Assembly (NCBI GenBank): GCA_943787465.1
Contig: CALSMN010000007.1
Location: 58,004-122,003, forward strand
Direction of reading: 5' to 3'
Length of the DNA: 64,000 bases
From: an uncultured Bacteroidia bacterium
Lineage (GTDB): Bacteria > Bacteroidota > Bacteroidia > NS11-12g > UBA9320
The notes beneath the pieces were generated by a model. The model did not search any database. It had not been told where the DNA came from and saw only the letters and a list, made by a program, of their open reading frames with translations. Below, one piece after another: positions 1 to 10,662 of the stretch. The translations under genes were made by a program, and so were the position numbers. Within the stretch, counting starts at the first letter, position 1. Each line of letters opens with the position of its first letter.

Positions 1-618
1 AGACTGGTTGAAGAATTAATAACCATGGGTATTCAATCCACATCTGTTTTAAAAGCCATTCAACACGTTCCTCGTCATTTTTTCTTCCCGAAAGATTTTG
101 CTGATAAAGCATATGAGAACATCGCTTTTCCTATTGACAAAAAACAAACGATCTCTCAACCATACACTGTTGCAAAACAAACAGAACTCTTAGATATTCA
201 AACTGGTGAAAAGGTTCTGGAAATAGGGACAGGATCAGGCTATCAAGCTGCAGTATTAAAAGTAATGGGTGTACATTTACATACCATAGAGACCATACCT
301 ACACTCCATCAAAAAGCAAAAATCCTATTTTCTAAGTTAGGATTGACAATTAATGCTGTTTTAGGAGATGGGTCATTAGGACTACCAGAACTTGCTCCTT
401 TCGATAAAATTATCATAACAGCAGGCGCACCAGAACTAAAAGAAAACTTATTAAAGCAATTGAAAATTGGAGGAAAAATTGTAGCACCAGTAGGTAGCTT
501 AGATGTCCAAAAAATGATACTCATTCATAGAATTGGTGATAATGAATACACAGAAACGGATCATGGAAACTTTAATTTTGTCCCACTAACAGGATTTAAT
601 GGTTGGACAATCACTTAA
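1..618 (+). CDS. pcm: protein-L-isoaspartate O-methyltransferase, 5'-truncated by window edge (reading frame is open from position 1)
   Basis: Carries the SAM-binding motif VLEIGTGSGYQAAVL and an overall PCMT-like sequence. Upstream codons RLVEELIT stay in frame to the window start, so the gene begins before the window. Confidence 0.85.
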   Translation, partial: RLVEELITMGIQSTSVLKAIQHVPRHFFFPKDFADKAYENIAFPIDKKQTISQPYTVAKQTELLDIQTGEKVLEIGTGSGYQAAVLKVMGVHLHTIETIPTLHQKAKILFSKLGLTINAVLGDGSLGLPELAPFDKIIITAGAPELKENLLKQLKIGGKIVAPVGSLDVQKMILIHRIGDNEYTETDHGNFNFVPLTGFNGWTIT

Positions 619-1840
619 GAATTTACTTCTTTTTTTTATAGCTTTTAACTCAAGTAGCATACGCATCAATGCCCAAGAATATCTTACTACTCAGGCTAAG
701 TCAGGTGACGGTATTACTGTTTTATTAAACCGATATAATTTGAGTCGTTATGGTTCTAACTTAGATACATTTTTGCAAATCAACGAATTAGAACCAAACA
801 GTCCTCTGCTCCTATTCAAAACATATAAACTTCCTATTTATGTCTTTGATTATAATGGTAAAAATATTCGAACTACAATTGGAAAAGACGACTACGATTT
901 GGCTATATCTATTCAACAATTTAATGAAAATGCTTTTGAAAATGGGGTAAAAAAAGTAGATTACAAAAAAAGCAAAAAATTGTGGGTACCCATTCATTTA
1001 TGGTACGCTCATGAAACAGATTCTATCGAGTTTAAAGACATATCAAAGCAAGAAGTTAGGTTAGATCATGTAGAAAATACCGCAGACGGAAATACGGTAG
1101 TACGTACCGAAATTTTTCCGATATTTGGTAAGGATTACGAAGAGACCATTATATTAAATGATCGATTAAAAGGGCAAGTTTACTACTTGATTAGTGGTCA
1201 TGGCGGCCCTGATCCTGGAGCCATTGGCAAGAAAGATGGTCATATGCTCTGTGAAGACGAATATGCATACGATGTTACATTAAGATTTGCCAGAAACCTT
1301 CTACAGCAAAGTGCAACAGTTTATATGATTACACGAGATACTGATGGAATAAGGGATCAGGAATATTTAGAAAATGATAAGGACGAAACTGTTTGGTTTA
1401 ATCAATCCATACCTCTAAATCATGTCAAAAGATTGAGACAAAGATCTAGTAAAATCAATGAACTTTACGAAAAGCACAAAAATGATGGTGTTACGATACA
1501 GCGAGTTATTGAAATCCATATCGACAGTCGATATGAAACCCAAAAAGTAGATATTTTCTTTTACTACTATCCAGGAAGTTCAGTAGGTAAAGATTTGGCT
1601 GAGGAAATGTATCGAACGATCAAGTCTGAATACGAAGAACACCAATCCAATCGAGGTTATTCTGGCGTAGTTAAAAGCAGAGATTTACATACTTTGCGTG
1701 AGTCTAAACCTCCAGTGGTATATATTGAATTGGGCAACATTACCAATGAATTTGACCAAAAACGATTGCTTATCGTTAATAATCGACAAGCAATTGCTAA
1801 TTGGTTAACTCAGGGAATTCTGAGTAAAAATGGACAGTAA
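599..1840 (+). CDS. N-acetylmuramoyl-L-alanine amidase (Amidase_3 family) with signal peptide
   Basis: Has the motif LISGHGGPDPGAIG typical of Amidase_3 cell-wall amidases. The N-terminus is hydrophobic and ends in AQ. There is a LysM-like segment upstream of the catalytic domain. Confidence 0.75.
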   Translation: MVGQSLKNLLLFFIAFNSSSIRINAQEYLTTQAKSGDGITVLLNRYNLSRYGSNLDTFLQINELEPNSPLLLFKTYKLPIYVFDYNGKNIRTTIGKDDYDLAISIQQFNENAFENGVKKVDYKKSKKLWVPIHLWYAHETDSIEFKDISKQEVRLDHVENTADGNTVVRTEIFPIFGKDYEETIILNDRLKGQVYYLISGHGGPDPGAIGKKDGHMLCEDEYAYDVTLRFARNLLQQSATVYMITRDTDGIRDQEYLENDKDETVWFNQSIPLNHVKRLRQRSSKINELYEKHKNDGVTIQRVIEIHIDSRYETQKVDIFFYYYPGSSVGKDLAEEMYRTIKSEYEEHQSNRGYSGVVKSRDLHTLRESKPPVVYIELGNITNEFDQKRLLIVNNRQAIANWLTQGILSKNGQ

Positions 1841-1845
1841 CCTTT

Positions 1846-2271
1846 CTACTTTTTTAATAAATCTCTGATTTCTGTCAATAAAACCTCTTCTGTTGATGGT
1901 TTAGGTGGCGTTTCGGGTGTAGCAACCTCTTCTTTTTTCATGCGATCTTTCATTTTGTTGTACCCTTTAACGACCATAAAAATGGCAAAAGCTACAATAA
2001 TAAAAGTGATAATTGCATTGACAAACAGACCATAATTAATGGCCACTTCATTGATAGCCTCAACACTGCCGTCTGCTGATCCATCCACTGCAGGTTGAAT
2101 CACATACTTGAGCTCTGAGAAATCAACACCTCCAATGAGATGTCCAATGGGTGGCATAATAATGTGGTCAACTAATGATTTGATAATGGCACCAAAATAA
2201 GTGGCTAAAATTAAACCGACAGCCATATCAATTACATTTCCTCGGCTAATAAAATTTTTAAATTCTTTCAT
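1846..2271 (-). CDS. mscL: large-conductance mechanosensitive channel MscL
   Basis: 141 aa. The N-terminal FKNFISRGNVIDMAVGLILATYFGAIIKSLVDHIIMPPIG is a textbook MscL TM1 region. The C-terminus is a charged helix. Confidence 0.9.
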   Translation of the reverse strand: MKEFKNFISRGNVIDMAVGLILATYFGAIIKSLVDHIIMPPIGHLIGGVDFSELKYVIQPAVDGSADGSVEAINEVAINYGLFVNAIITFIIVAFAIFMVVKGYNKMKDRMKKEEVATPETPPKPSTEEVLLTEIRDLLKK

Positions 2272-2433
2272 GTTGTTTTTTATTTAAGTTTTCAAACACT
2301 AAGGACTACGAAAAAGAAATCAATCATTTATCATGTCAATACTCAGAGTTTTATTGCTGCAAATTAATAGCTAATATTTCGAATACTGAAATACAATTTT
2401 TTGATGAGTAAAAATTTACCCGCAAAAGATATG

Positions 2434-4230
2434 CTAGTCGTTAATTTTCAATACAGCCATAAATGCGCTTTGCGGTATCTCCACATTCCCTACTTGTCGC
2501 ATTCGTTTCTTACCCTTCTTTTGCTTTTCAAGAAGCTTCCGTTTTCTAGAGATATCTCCCCCGTAACACTTCGCCGTTACATCCTTTCGCATGGCTCGAA
2601 TGTTTTCACGGGAAATCACTTTTGCTCCAATAGCTGCTTGAATTGGAATTTCAAATTGATGGCGAGGGATGAGTTCTCGCAATTTTTCACATATTTTTTT
2701 TCCAAATTCATAGGCTTTATCCCGATGTATTACAGCCGATAAGGCGTCAACTACTTTAGCATTCAGTAAAATATCAAGCTTTACTAAAATACTTTGTCTA
2801 TAACCAATGGGGTGATAATCAAAACTAGCATACCCCCGGCTCACACTTTTTAACTTATCATAAAAATCAAAGACTACTTCTGCCATGGGCATCTCAAAGG
2901 TTAACTCTACCCGATTAGATGTCAAATACACTTGATTTTTCAAAATTCCTCTTTTCTCAATACATAGCGACATAATAGCACCTACATAATCTGCAGAAGT
3001 AATTACCTGAGCATTAATATAAGGTTCCTCAACTCGATCCAGATAATTGGGTTCAGGTAAATCGGTAGGATTATTCACAATCACAATGGTATCGGGGTCT
3101 TTTTTCAAATACGCATGATAACTCACGTTAGGAACAGTAGTGATAACAGTCATACCAAATTCACGCTCCAAACGTTCCTGAATAATTTCCATATGGAGCA
3201 TCCCTAAAAAACCACATCTAAAACCAAAACCCAATGCTGCCGAACTTTCAGGTTCAAATACAAGACTAGCATCATTCAATTGAAGTTTACCCATAGAGTC
3301 TCTAAGTTCTTCAAAATCTTCGGTATCTACTGGATAAATACCAGCAAAAACCATAGGTTTTACGTCTTCAAATCCATGGATGGCATCTGGTGTAGGATTT
3401 TTGAGAAGAGTAATCGTATCTCCCACTTTCACCTCTTTTGCTTCTTTTATTCCTGAGATAATATAGCCTACATCGCCTGTTTTAACAGTTGATCTGGGCT
3501 CTTGGTTCATACGAAGCACGCCAATCTCATCCGCATGGTAATTTTTTTGAGTATTGATAAATTGAATATTATCTCCTTTATTTAATTCACCATCAATGAT
3601 TCTAAAATAGGCAATAATCCCTCGAAAAGGATTAAAGACTGAATCAAAAATTAAAGCCTTCAATGGGGCATTCGAATCGCCTTGAGGAGGTGGTATTTTA
3701 TGAATGATAGCAGACAGAATATCGTCCACACCCATGCCTGTTTTACCACTTGCAGCTATAATATCATCACGATCACACAATATCAATTCCTCAATTTGGT
3801 CTTTCACTTCCTCTGGCATTGCTCCAGGAAGATCCATTTTATTGAGTATTGGAATAATTTCTAGCTCGTGTTCCAGAGCAAGGTATAAATTAGAAATCGT
3901 TTGTGCTTGTATCCCTTGAGCTGCATCGACAATCAGAAGTGCTCCTTCACATGCGGCTATACTTCTACTTACTTCATAACTAAAATCAACATGGCCTGGT
4001 GTATCTATTAAGTTAAGCACATATTTTTTACCCTCATGTACATAATCCATTTGGATAGCATGTGATTTGATAGTAATACCTCGCTCCCGCTCTATATCCA
4101 TATCATCCAGTGTTTGCTCTTTCATATCACGATCACTAATGGTGCCAGTGGTTTGAAGTAATCGATCAGCTAGCGTGCTTTTACCATGATCAATATGAGC
4201 GATAATACAGAAATTTCGGATGTTCTCCAT
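2434..4230 (-). CDS. lepA: translation elongation factor 4 (LepA)
   Basis: 598 aa. GTPase motifs AHIDHGKST and DTPGHVDF are present. The C-terminal region is LepA-specific. Confidence 0.95.
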   Translation of the reverse strand: MENIRNFCIIAHIDHGKSTLADRLLQTTGTISDRDMKEQTLDDMDIERERGITIKSHAIQMDYVHEGKKYVLNLIDTPGHVDFSYEVSRSIAACEGALLIVDAAQGIQAQTISNLYLALEHELEIIPILNKMDLPGAMPEEVKDQIEELILCDRDDIIAASGKTGMGVDDILSAIIHKIPPPQGDSNAPLKALIFDSVFNPFRGIIAYFRIIDGELNKGDNIQFINTQKNYHADEIGVLRMNQEPRSTVKTGDVGYIISGIKEAKEVKVGDTITLLKNPTPDAIHGFEDVKPMVFAGIYPVDTEDFEELRDSMGKLQLNDASLVFEPESSAALGFGFRCGFLGMLHMEIIQERLEREFGMTVITTVPNVSYHAYLKKDPDTIVIVNNPTDLPEPNYLDRVEEPYINAQVITSADYVGAIMSLCIEKRGILKNQVYLTSNRVELTFEMPMAEVVFDFYDKLKSVSRGYASFDYHPIGYRQSILVKLDILLNAKVVDALSAVIHRDKAYEFGKKICEKLRELIPRHQFEIPIQAAIGAKVISRENIRAMRKDVTAKCYGGDISRKRKLLEKQKKGKKRMRQVGNVEIPQSAFMAVLKIND

Positions 4231-4383
4231 TTGTGTCGCGAAGATATAACTATTCCTATTTCAATGAACAAAATACTGCGTAATGTATCAATGATATTTT
4301 CAATAATGCAGCAACGGTCCTCAAAAGATATAATTATTCAAAAAAATAAGACACTATCGTTTAAAGATACTATGATTTTAGAG

Positions 4384-4411
4384 TTGTATTTTGATATATC
4401 TGTTATTTTTG
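4384..4411 (+). promoter_or_regulatory. candidate Bacteroidota sigma-A promoter for hppA (TTG ... TATTTTTG -7 box)
   Basis: TATTTTTG at 4404-4411 matches the Bacteroidetes -7 consensus TAnnTTTG. A TTG lies 17 nt upstream. The ATG is at 4452. Confidence 0.3.
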
Positions 4412-4451
4412 CAGGCTTTAAAGAATTGAACATTTAAATAAAATATAAAAT

Positions 4452-6725
4452 ATGGGATCAATAATGATTTACATGCCAATTGCGATGGCTGTTTTAGGAC
4501 TTCTTTACATGACTTATAAAAAACAATGGGTTATGAAACAAGATGCGGGTGATGGAAAAATGAAAGAAATTGCGGATTATATCTATGAAGGTGCATTGGC
4601 TTTCTTGAAAGCTGAATACAAATTACTTACTTTCTTTGTGATTGGTGCAAGTGGAGTTCTAGGAGCTATTGCTTATTTTGTTCCTACAACTGATTACCTG
4701 ATTATTCCAGCATTTATTATTGGAGCTATTTTTTCTGCATTAGCAGGTAACATGGGAATGAAAATAGCTACAAAAACCAATGTCAGAACTACGCAAGCCG
4801 CAAAAACAAGTTTACCGAATGCACTAAAAATATCCTTTGGTGGCGGTACTGTTATGGGATTAGGTGTAGCTGGACTTGCAGTTTTAGGCCTAACTTTATT
4901 ATTCATTCTTTTCTTTCATGTTTTCATGGGAGGTGTTTGGACATCAAATACCGATATGACCAAAGTATTAGAAACACTTGCTGGTTTCTCTTTAGGAGCT
5001 GAGTCTATCGCTTTATTTGCACGTGTGGGCGGTGGTATTTACACTAAGGCTGCCGATGTTGGCGCTGACCTTGTTGGAAAAGTAGAAGCTGGAATTCCTG
5101 AAGATGATCCACGGAATCCTGCAACAATTGCGGATAATGTTGGTGACAATGTTGGTGATGTTGCTGGAATGGGTGCTGATTTATTTGGCTCCTATGTTGC
5201 TACTGTTTTAGCTGCTATGGTATTAGGTAATTATGTGATTAATGATATGGGTGGTTCAGTGAATGATATATTTGGTGGCATTGGCCCTATTTTATTACCC
5301 GTTGCTATTGCTGGTGCTGGTATCATAATATCAATCATCGGAACATTCTTAGTAAAGATATCTAACAATGATGCAAAAGAAGCTGATGTTCAAAAAGCAT
5401 TAAATATTGGGAATTGGACTTCCATAGTATTAGTAGCTGGTGCATGTTTTGGCTTAGTTTCTTGGATGTTGCCAGAGACCATGCAAATGGAGTTTTTTGG
5501 TGAAGGTATTAAAGATATCACTTCAATGAGAGTATTTTATGCCTGCTTAGTTGGGCTTGTGGTTGGTGCTGCGATCTCCTCATTCACCGAATATTACACT
5601 GGCTTGGGTAAAAAACCAATCCTTAAAATAGTACAACAATCTAGTACGGGTGCGGGAACAAATATAATTGCAGGATTAGCAACAGGTATGATTTCAACTT
5701 TTTCATCAGTATTGCTCTTTGCTGCTGCAATATGGGCATCGTATGCTTTTGCTGGTTTTTATGGAGTGGCTCTAGCTGCTTCCGCCATGATGGCTACAAC
5801 AGCGATGCAATTAGCTATTGACGCTTTTGGTCCTATCGCTGATAACGCTGGAGGTATTGCCGAAATGAGTGAGCAAGAACCTATCGTTCGAGAACGTACG
5901 GATATATTGGACTCTGTTGGTAATACCACTGCAGCTACTGGTAAAGGATTTGCTATAGCATCTGCAGCCTTAACTTCATTAGCACTTTTTGCTGCCTACG
6001 TTACCTTTACTGAAATTGACGGTATCAATATATTTAAAGCTCCTGTATTAGCAATGCTTTTTGTTGGTGCTATGATTCCTGTCGTTTTTTCTGCACTCGC
6101 AATGAATGCCGTAGGAAAGGCTGCTATGGAAATGGTAGAAGAAGTTCGACGTCAGTTTAGAGATATTCCTGGCATAATGGAAGGTTCTGGAAAACCCGAT
6201 TACGGCAAGTGTGTAGACATTTCAACAAAAGCATCATTAAAAGAAATGATGCTGCCTGGTATACTGACCATCGGTTTCCCAATAGCCGTTGTAATTATTG
6301 GTAAACTTGTTTACCCTACAAACAATCAATTAGTGGCTGAAATGCTAGGTGGATATATGGCTGGTGTTACCGTTTCTGGAGTCCTTTGGGCTATTTTCCA
6401 AAATAATGCCGGTGGTGCATGGGATAATGCAAAAAAATCTTTTGAAGCAGGTGTAGAGATTAATGGAGAAATGACTTACAAAGGATCAGACGCTCACAAG
6501 GCAGCTGTTACAGGAGATACTGTAGGTGATCCATTTAAAGACACCTCTGGGCCTTCCATGAACATATTGATAAAGCTTACCTGTCTTATTGGGTTGATTA
6601 TTGCTCCAATTTTAGGTGGACATATTTCTGGTAACCATTCGGATAAAAACGCTGAGGAAACCACTGAACAAGCTGAAACAAAATCATCTTGTTGTAAAAA
6701 AGATAAAGAAATAGCCTATCAATAA
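4452..6725 (+). CDS. hppA: membrane-bound H+-translocating pyrophosphatase (K+-insensitive type not determined)
   Basis: 757 aa polytopic membrane protein with H+-PPase signature stretches GGGIYTKAADVGADLVGKVE and DNVGDNVGD. The 3' end of the ORF encodes an unusual Cys/Lys-rich tail. Confidence 0.9.
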   Translation: MGSIMIYMPIAMAVLGLLYMTYKKQWVMKQDAGDGKMKEIADYIYEGALAFLKAEYKLLTFFVIGASGVLGAIAYFVPTTDYLIIPAFIIGAIFSALAGNMGMKIATKTNVRTTQAAKTSLPNALKISFGGGTVMGLGVAGLAVLGLTLLFILFFHVFMGGVWTSNTDMTKVLETLAGFSLGAESIALFARVGGGIYTKAADVGADLVGKVEAGIPEDDPRNPATIADNVGDNVGDVAGMGADLFGSYVATVLAAMVLGNYVINDMGGSVNDIFGGIGPILLPVAIAGAGIIISIIGTFLVKISNNDAKEADVQKALNIGNWTSIVLVAGACFGLVSWMLPETMQMEFFGEGIKDITSMRVFYACLVGLVVGAAISSFTEYYTGLGKKPILKIVQQSSTGAGTNIIAGLATGMISTFSSVLLFAAAIWASYAFAGFYGVALAASAMMATTAMQLAIDAFGPIADNAGGIAEMSEQEPIVRERTDILDSVGNTTAATGKGFAIASAALTSLALFAAYVTFTEIDGINIFKAPVLAMLFVGAMIPVVFSALAMNAVGKAAMEMVEEVRRQFRDIPGIMEGSGKPDYGKCVDISTKASLKEMMLPGILTIGFPIAVVIIGKLVYPTNNQLVAEMLGGYMAGVTVSGVLWAIFQNNAGGAWDNAKKSFEAGVEINGEMTYKGSDAHKAAVTGDTVGDPFKDTSGPSMNILIKLTCLIGLIIAPILGGHISGNHSDKNAEETTEQAETKSSCCKKDKEIAYQ

Positions 6726-6754
6726 CACACTAAATAAACCTCTTTCATTCAAAA

Positions 6755-7555
6755 ATGCAAACGATATTTACAAAAAGAGAAATAGGAACAAAATGTATTG
6801 TAATCTTATTTCTCTTTTTATTTTCGAATGCATATTCTACTAAGACTGTACCCAAAAATCCACCTACTTCTAAGGCAGACGGTAATGAATTAATCTCCTT
6901 AGCTTCCGATGAATTTAATGCATTTACTCAGCGTGTTTACAATGAGATTACCTACACTTCGGGTCAGGATTCACTATCGTTAGAAGCATTATCCAGTGCT
7001 TTAAAAGGTTATCTCTTTCTGAAGCATACCCAAGAATTATCAGACACACAATACTTAACTGTCATTGATTTTTCTAAACATTGCAATACCAAAAGACTAT
7101 GGGTGATAGACTTAATTAATAAAAATATTAAAATTAATGAGTGGGTTGCTCATGGAAATCGAAGTGGCAATGAATATGCTAACTCGTTTAGCAATCAACA
7201 TAGTAGCAAAAAAAGCTCCTTGGGTTTTTACGTTACCGGAAACCCCTATTATGGTAGAAATAATTTATCTCTAAAACTACACGGATTAGAACCAAATTTC
7301 AATTCAAATGCCTTCTCCAGAGGTGTGGTCATTCATGGTGCCGATTATATATCTCCTACAATTGTAAATCGAAATGAGAGAATAGGAAGAAGTTTCGGTT
7401 GCCCTGCCGTATCAAAATCAATTAACAAAACTCTTATCAATACCATCAAAGAAGGAACGTGCCTTTTTATATATTATCCTAACCAAAGTTACATGAATAA
7501 TTCTAGGATATTAAATACATCCATGTACTTAACCATAAATGATTTAGTCATATAA
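6755..7555 (+). CDS. secreted L,D-transpeptidase catalytic-domain family protein (YkuD_2-like)
   Basis: Has a signal peptide. The motif VIHGADYISPTIVNRNERIGRSFGCPAV fits the His/Ser-x-Gly-Cys active site of L,D-transpeptidase folds. Confidence 0.6.
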   Translation: MQTIFTKREIGTKCIVILFLFLFSNAYSTKTVPKNPPTSKADGNELISLASDEFNAFTQRVYNEITYTSGQDSLSLEALSSALKGYLFLKHTQELSDTQYLTVIDFSKHCNTKRLWVIDLINKNIKINEWVAHGNRSGNEYANSFSNQHSSKKSSLGFYVTGNPYYGRNNLSLKLHGLEPNFNSNAFSRGVVIHGADYISPTIVNRNERIGRSFGCPAVSKSINKTLINTIKEGTCLFIYYPNQSYMNNSRILNTSMYLTINDLVI

Positions 7556-7579
7556 ATCTGTTATATTCGCTTAAAAACA

Positions 7580-9421
7580 ATGGTCCGTAGAATTAAGACC
7601 TTACAACAATTCCTGGGATATTTTAGTGTATTTGCTTTTATTTTTTTCATATCTAATTGCAATTCTACAACGACTAAAGAAACAACAGACAACAATCTAC
7701 CCATCGTTCTAGAAGAAGACTCATTAGCATTCTATATTCAAAAACAACTTAATACATCCATTGCTTCAAAAGATTTACCGACAGTTTTATTCCAAGATAC
7801 CCTTAAGCAATTTTACCACGAAAAAACATTTGCACCCCTATGGATCTATGTGCTTAATGATAACAAATCTAGTTGGGATACCTTAGAAAATATCTTTCTC
7901 CATGCGATGAAACATGGCATGGATACCCAATTTTATTTTCTTCCCCTTATCCGAAAATATAAAGAACAGATTTTTGCCACTTCTAATTCGAAGTTAGCAT
8001 ACCAAGCTGCTGCTAAATGCGAAATACTGATTTCTAGTGCACTATTAAATATGTATGAAGATATTGCCAATGGTCGGACCAATCCCAAAGATATTTTTGG
8101 AAATAATTACCTACTTCCACTTAATAATTTAAAAGCTCTAGACTACAAAAATTTTTTATATGCCTCTGACAAAACCAAAAAAATAGATGCGCTACATCAA
8201 AATGATACCACTTACCAGCATTTAATATTGCTCCTTCTACAGGAACAAAAAAAAGTAAATCAATCAACAGCTAGTTTAATTGAATTTACGTATCAAACTA
8301 AAATACAACAAGGAGATACGTCACCCGATATTATTAAAATTATACAGCGTTTAAAACAACAGAATTTACCCGATAAAAGCATTCAAAATATCAATGAATC
8401 AGATATTTACACGAAGGATTTAGAAAAACAAATAAAAAAACTTCAGGAAAAATACCGTTTATCTCCAGATGGAGTAATTGGATATAAAACCATTCAAATT
8501 ATTAATGGTAATCCAACCGATAATTTGAATCAAATCATCGCTAATTTAGAAAGACAACGTTGGTTTAATAAGCCTCAAACAAGACCCTTTGTATATGTTA
8601 ATCTTCCCGAATACATGGTCAATCTTCATTGGAAGGACAGTACTTCTTCCTTTAAAATTTGTATTGGAAAAAATTTACCTGACAACTATGATGAAATGGT
8701 TAATGAAAATAAAAATAGTGAAAAGTCGATTGCTATACCAAAAAATATGGAAACACCTCAAATTGCCAGTCGTATTAACTATTTGGTGATTAACCCAACT
8801 TGGACCATTCCATATAGTATTATTCGCAATGAAATGTGGTGGAAACTTGTCAAAGACCCGGCACATCTGAGCAGAACCGGACATAAAGTTTATCGAGGTG
8901 ATTCTTTAATTAATGGGGATACCATCAACTGGAAACGAATCAATAAAATGCAAATTCCTTACCAAATCGTTCAAGACCCCGGTCCAAAAAATGCGTTAGG
9001 AACAGTAAAGTTTATGTTTAGTAATCCATTTAGTATTTATCTACACGACACCCCCAATAAAAGTGCTTTCAATCTTACCCAACGTGCGGTAAGTCATGGA
9101 TGTGTACGTCTTGAAAAACCAATACTATTTGGTGAATTTCTGATGCAAAATGTAAACAAGTATGATGCCGATGACTTTAGAGTTATGATGGGCTTACTAC
9201 CAAAAGATGAAGAACGTTTGAAAACATATGATCCTACTGATACTACTGCTATCATTCAACCACTTAAAGAAACAACATGGGTACATTTAAACCAAAATAT
9301 GCCACTTTACTTTGACTATAGAACCATTTACTTTGATAAAGCGTGGAATGCTCATCAATGCTATGATATCTATGATGAAAACAAACGAATTATAGCTGCT
9401 ATGCGAAAACAAAAATTATAA
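7580..9421 (+). CDS. L,D-transpeptidase (YcbB/LdtD-like) with peptidoglycan-binding domain
   Basis: The PG_binding_1-like segment is KYRLSPDGVIGYKTIQIIN. The YkuD catalytic motif is IYLHDTPNKSAFNLTQRAVSHGCVRLEKP. An N-terminal signal peptide is present. Confidence 0.7.
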   Translation: MVRRIKTLQQFLGYFSVFAFIFFISNCNSTTTKETTDNNLPIVLEEDSLAFYIQKQLNTSIASKDLPTVLFQDTLKQFYHEKTFAPLWIYVLNDNKSSWDTLENIFLHAMKHGMDTQFYFLPLIRKYKEQIFATSNSKLAYQAAAKCEILISSALLNMYEDIANGRTNPKDIFGNNYLLPLNNLKALDYKNFLYASDKTKKIDALHQNDTTYQHLILLLLQEQKKVNQSTASLIEFTYQTKIQQGDTSPDIIKIIQRLKQQNLPDKSIQNINESDIYTKDLEKQIKKLQEKYRLSPDGVIGYKTIQIINGNPTDNLNQIIANLERQRWFNKPQTRPFVYVNLPEYMVNLHWKDSTSSFKICIGKNLPDNYDEMVNENKNSEKSIAIPKNMETPQIASRINYLVINPTWTIPYSIIRNEMWWKLVKDPAHLSRTGHKVYRGDSLINGDTINWKRINKMQIPYQIVQDPGPKNALGTVKFMFSNPFSIYLHDTPNKSAFNLTQRAVSHGCVRLEKPILFGEFLMQNVNKYDADDFRVMMGLLPKDEERLKTYDPTDTTAIIQPLKETTWVHLNQNMPLYFDYRTIYFDKAWNAHQCYDIYDENKRIIAAMRKQKL

Positions 9422-10249
9422 CACTACACCAAATGAAAAAGACCTCAAATTGGGATTGACCGTTGTAGTTTTAAATATTCCGTCTGGATAATATTTTCCG
9501 TAAAGCATAAAATTCTTAAACCCCAGTTGAACTTCATATCCTACTTGAAATTGATTGACATTCAAATCTTTTTTTCCACGTCTAACGTACTTCATATCCT
9601 CTGATTCCCATTTTTGACGGATTCGAGATTGAAGTGCATACGCAAAATTTGCTCCAGCCAATACATACACCTCTTTCTTTTTTCCTTTTTGCAATGCAAA
9701 ATTTAGGTTAAGCAACATGGGTATCGTAACATATTCATTGATGAGCCAATTTCGTTTAAAATCGATCACTGATGACTCGTCTGTAATGACTATACCTTGA
9801 TCATCTGTAGATAAGGAAATGTCATTTTTCAATTTGTAGTAATTACCATCCAGACCTAAGCCATAAACCAACTGAAGTCTATCGTCCACCAATTTCAATG
9901 TTTGTTCAATAAAATTAACTTGACAATTGACAGATTGACCCGTATTGATTGTTAATGCTTGAAAATTGGGATCCGCCTCAAGTTTGTTATCCGAATTTAT
10001 CCAATTAGTCAATCCTACTTTCAGTGTAAACCAATCTGTTTCTATTGCGCTCATTTTATCTTTTTCTACTACTATAACTTCTTTATTTACTTTATTTACT
10101 CCATTTTCAGTTGTATCTACGCTTTTAACAATAACTCGAGTTTTGCCTATATTGAGCGTATCTGATTTTGACTCATCTACTTGAGCTAATGTAGGAAGAG
10201 CAGCAAATAATACTTTAGAAAGAATGAATGCGATAATTAAATTTTTCAT
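9416..10249 (-). CDS. outer-membrane beta-barrel protein (porin-family, uncharacterised)
   Basis: Has a signal peptide ending AQ and an alternating amphipathic beta-strand pattern. It is the last gene of the ECF sigma/anti-sigma cassette. Confidence 0.45.
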   Translation of the reverse strand: MKNLIIAFILSKVLFAALPTLAQVDESKSDTLNIGKTRVIVKSVDTTENGVNKVNKEVIVVEKDKMSAIETDWFTLKVGLTNWINSDNKLEADPNFQALTINTGQSVNCQVNFIEQTLKLVDDRLQLVYGLGLDGNYYKLKNDISLSTDDQGIVITDESSVIDFKRNWLINEYVTIPMLLNLNFALQKGKKKEVYVLAGANFAYALQSRIRQKWESEDMKYVRRGKKDLNVNQFQVGYEVQLGFKNFMLYGKYYPDGIFKTTTVNPNLRSFSFGVVL

Positions 10250-10260
10250 GATTTTATTTT

Positions 10261-10662
10261 TTAATGTTTTGTTTTAAAAGGTTGAATACTAGCTTTGGCA
10301 ATATATCCTGAACTCTCAAATAAAATATCTAAAGATATATTTCTTCCTTGTACATTAGGATTTATTTTTAATGTTGGATTTTCAATGTTAGATCTAAATG
10401 CCATAGCCTTTCTTATAATACGTCCGTATGATTTAAAAGTTACAACGGGATATATTAATATTTGATTAATCTCTTGCTTTGATGATTTATAATTATCAAT
10501 GTAGGCTATTTCTTTTAGAGATTCAGGCTGAAAAAAAAGTGTACGTTTATTATCTAAAAAACCGGATACGTCCTTTTGGGACAAACTCACAGGCAATTCA
10601 AGCTCTTGAGACCATATGTCAATCTCAGAAGATCTTATTTCGGTTAAAATGGGCTTGTCCAA
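10261..10662 (-). CDS. anti-sigma factor, C-terminal part (probable frameshift fragment; ORF begins at TTG directly after an in-frame stop)
   Basis: The reading frame becomes contiguous with ORF 10644-11105 if one extra T is added to the T7 run at 10665-10671. Confidence 0.45.
   Translation of the reverse strand: MDKPILTEIRSSEIDIWSQELELPVSLSQKDVSGFLDNKRTLFFQPESLKEIAYIDNYKSSKQEINQILIYPVVTFKSYGRIIRKAMAFRSNIENPTLKINPNVQGRNISLDILFESSGYIAKASIQPFKTKH

Noticed and set aside
2401-2742. 113-aa ORF on the plus strand
   Set aside because: It lies entirely antisense within lepA and has a low-complexity, implausible protein sequence.
4186-4437. 83-aa ORF in the lepA-hppA divergent region
   Set aside because: It overlaps the lepA start and the probable hppA promoter and has a low-complexity sequence.
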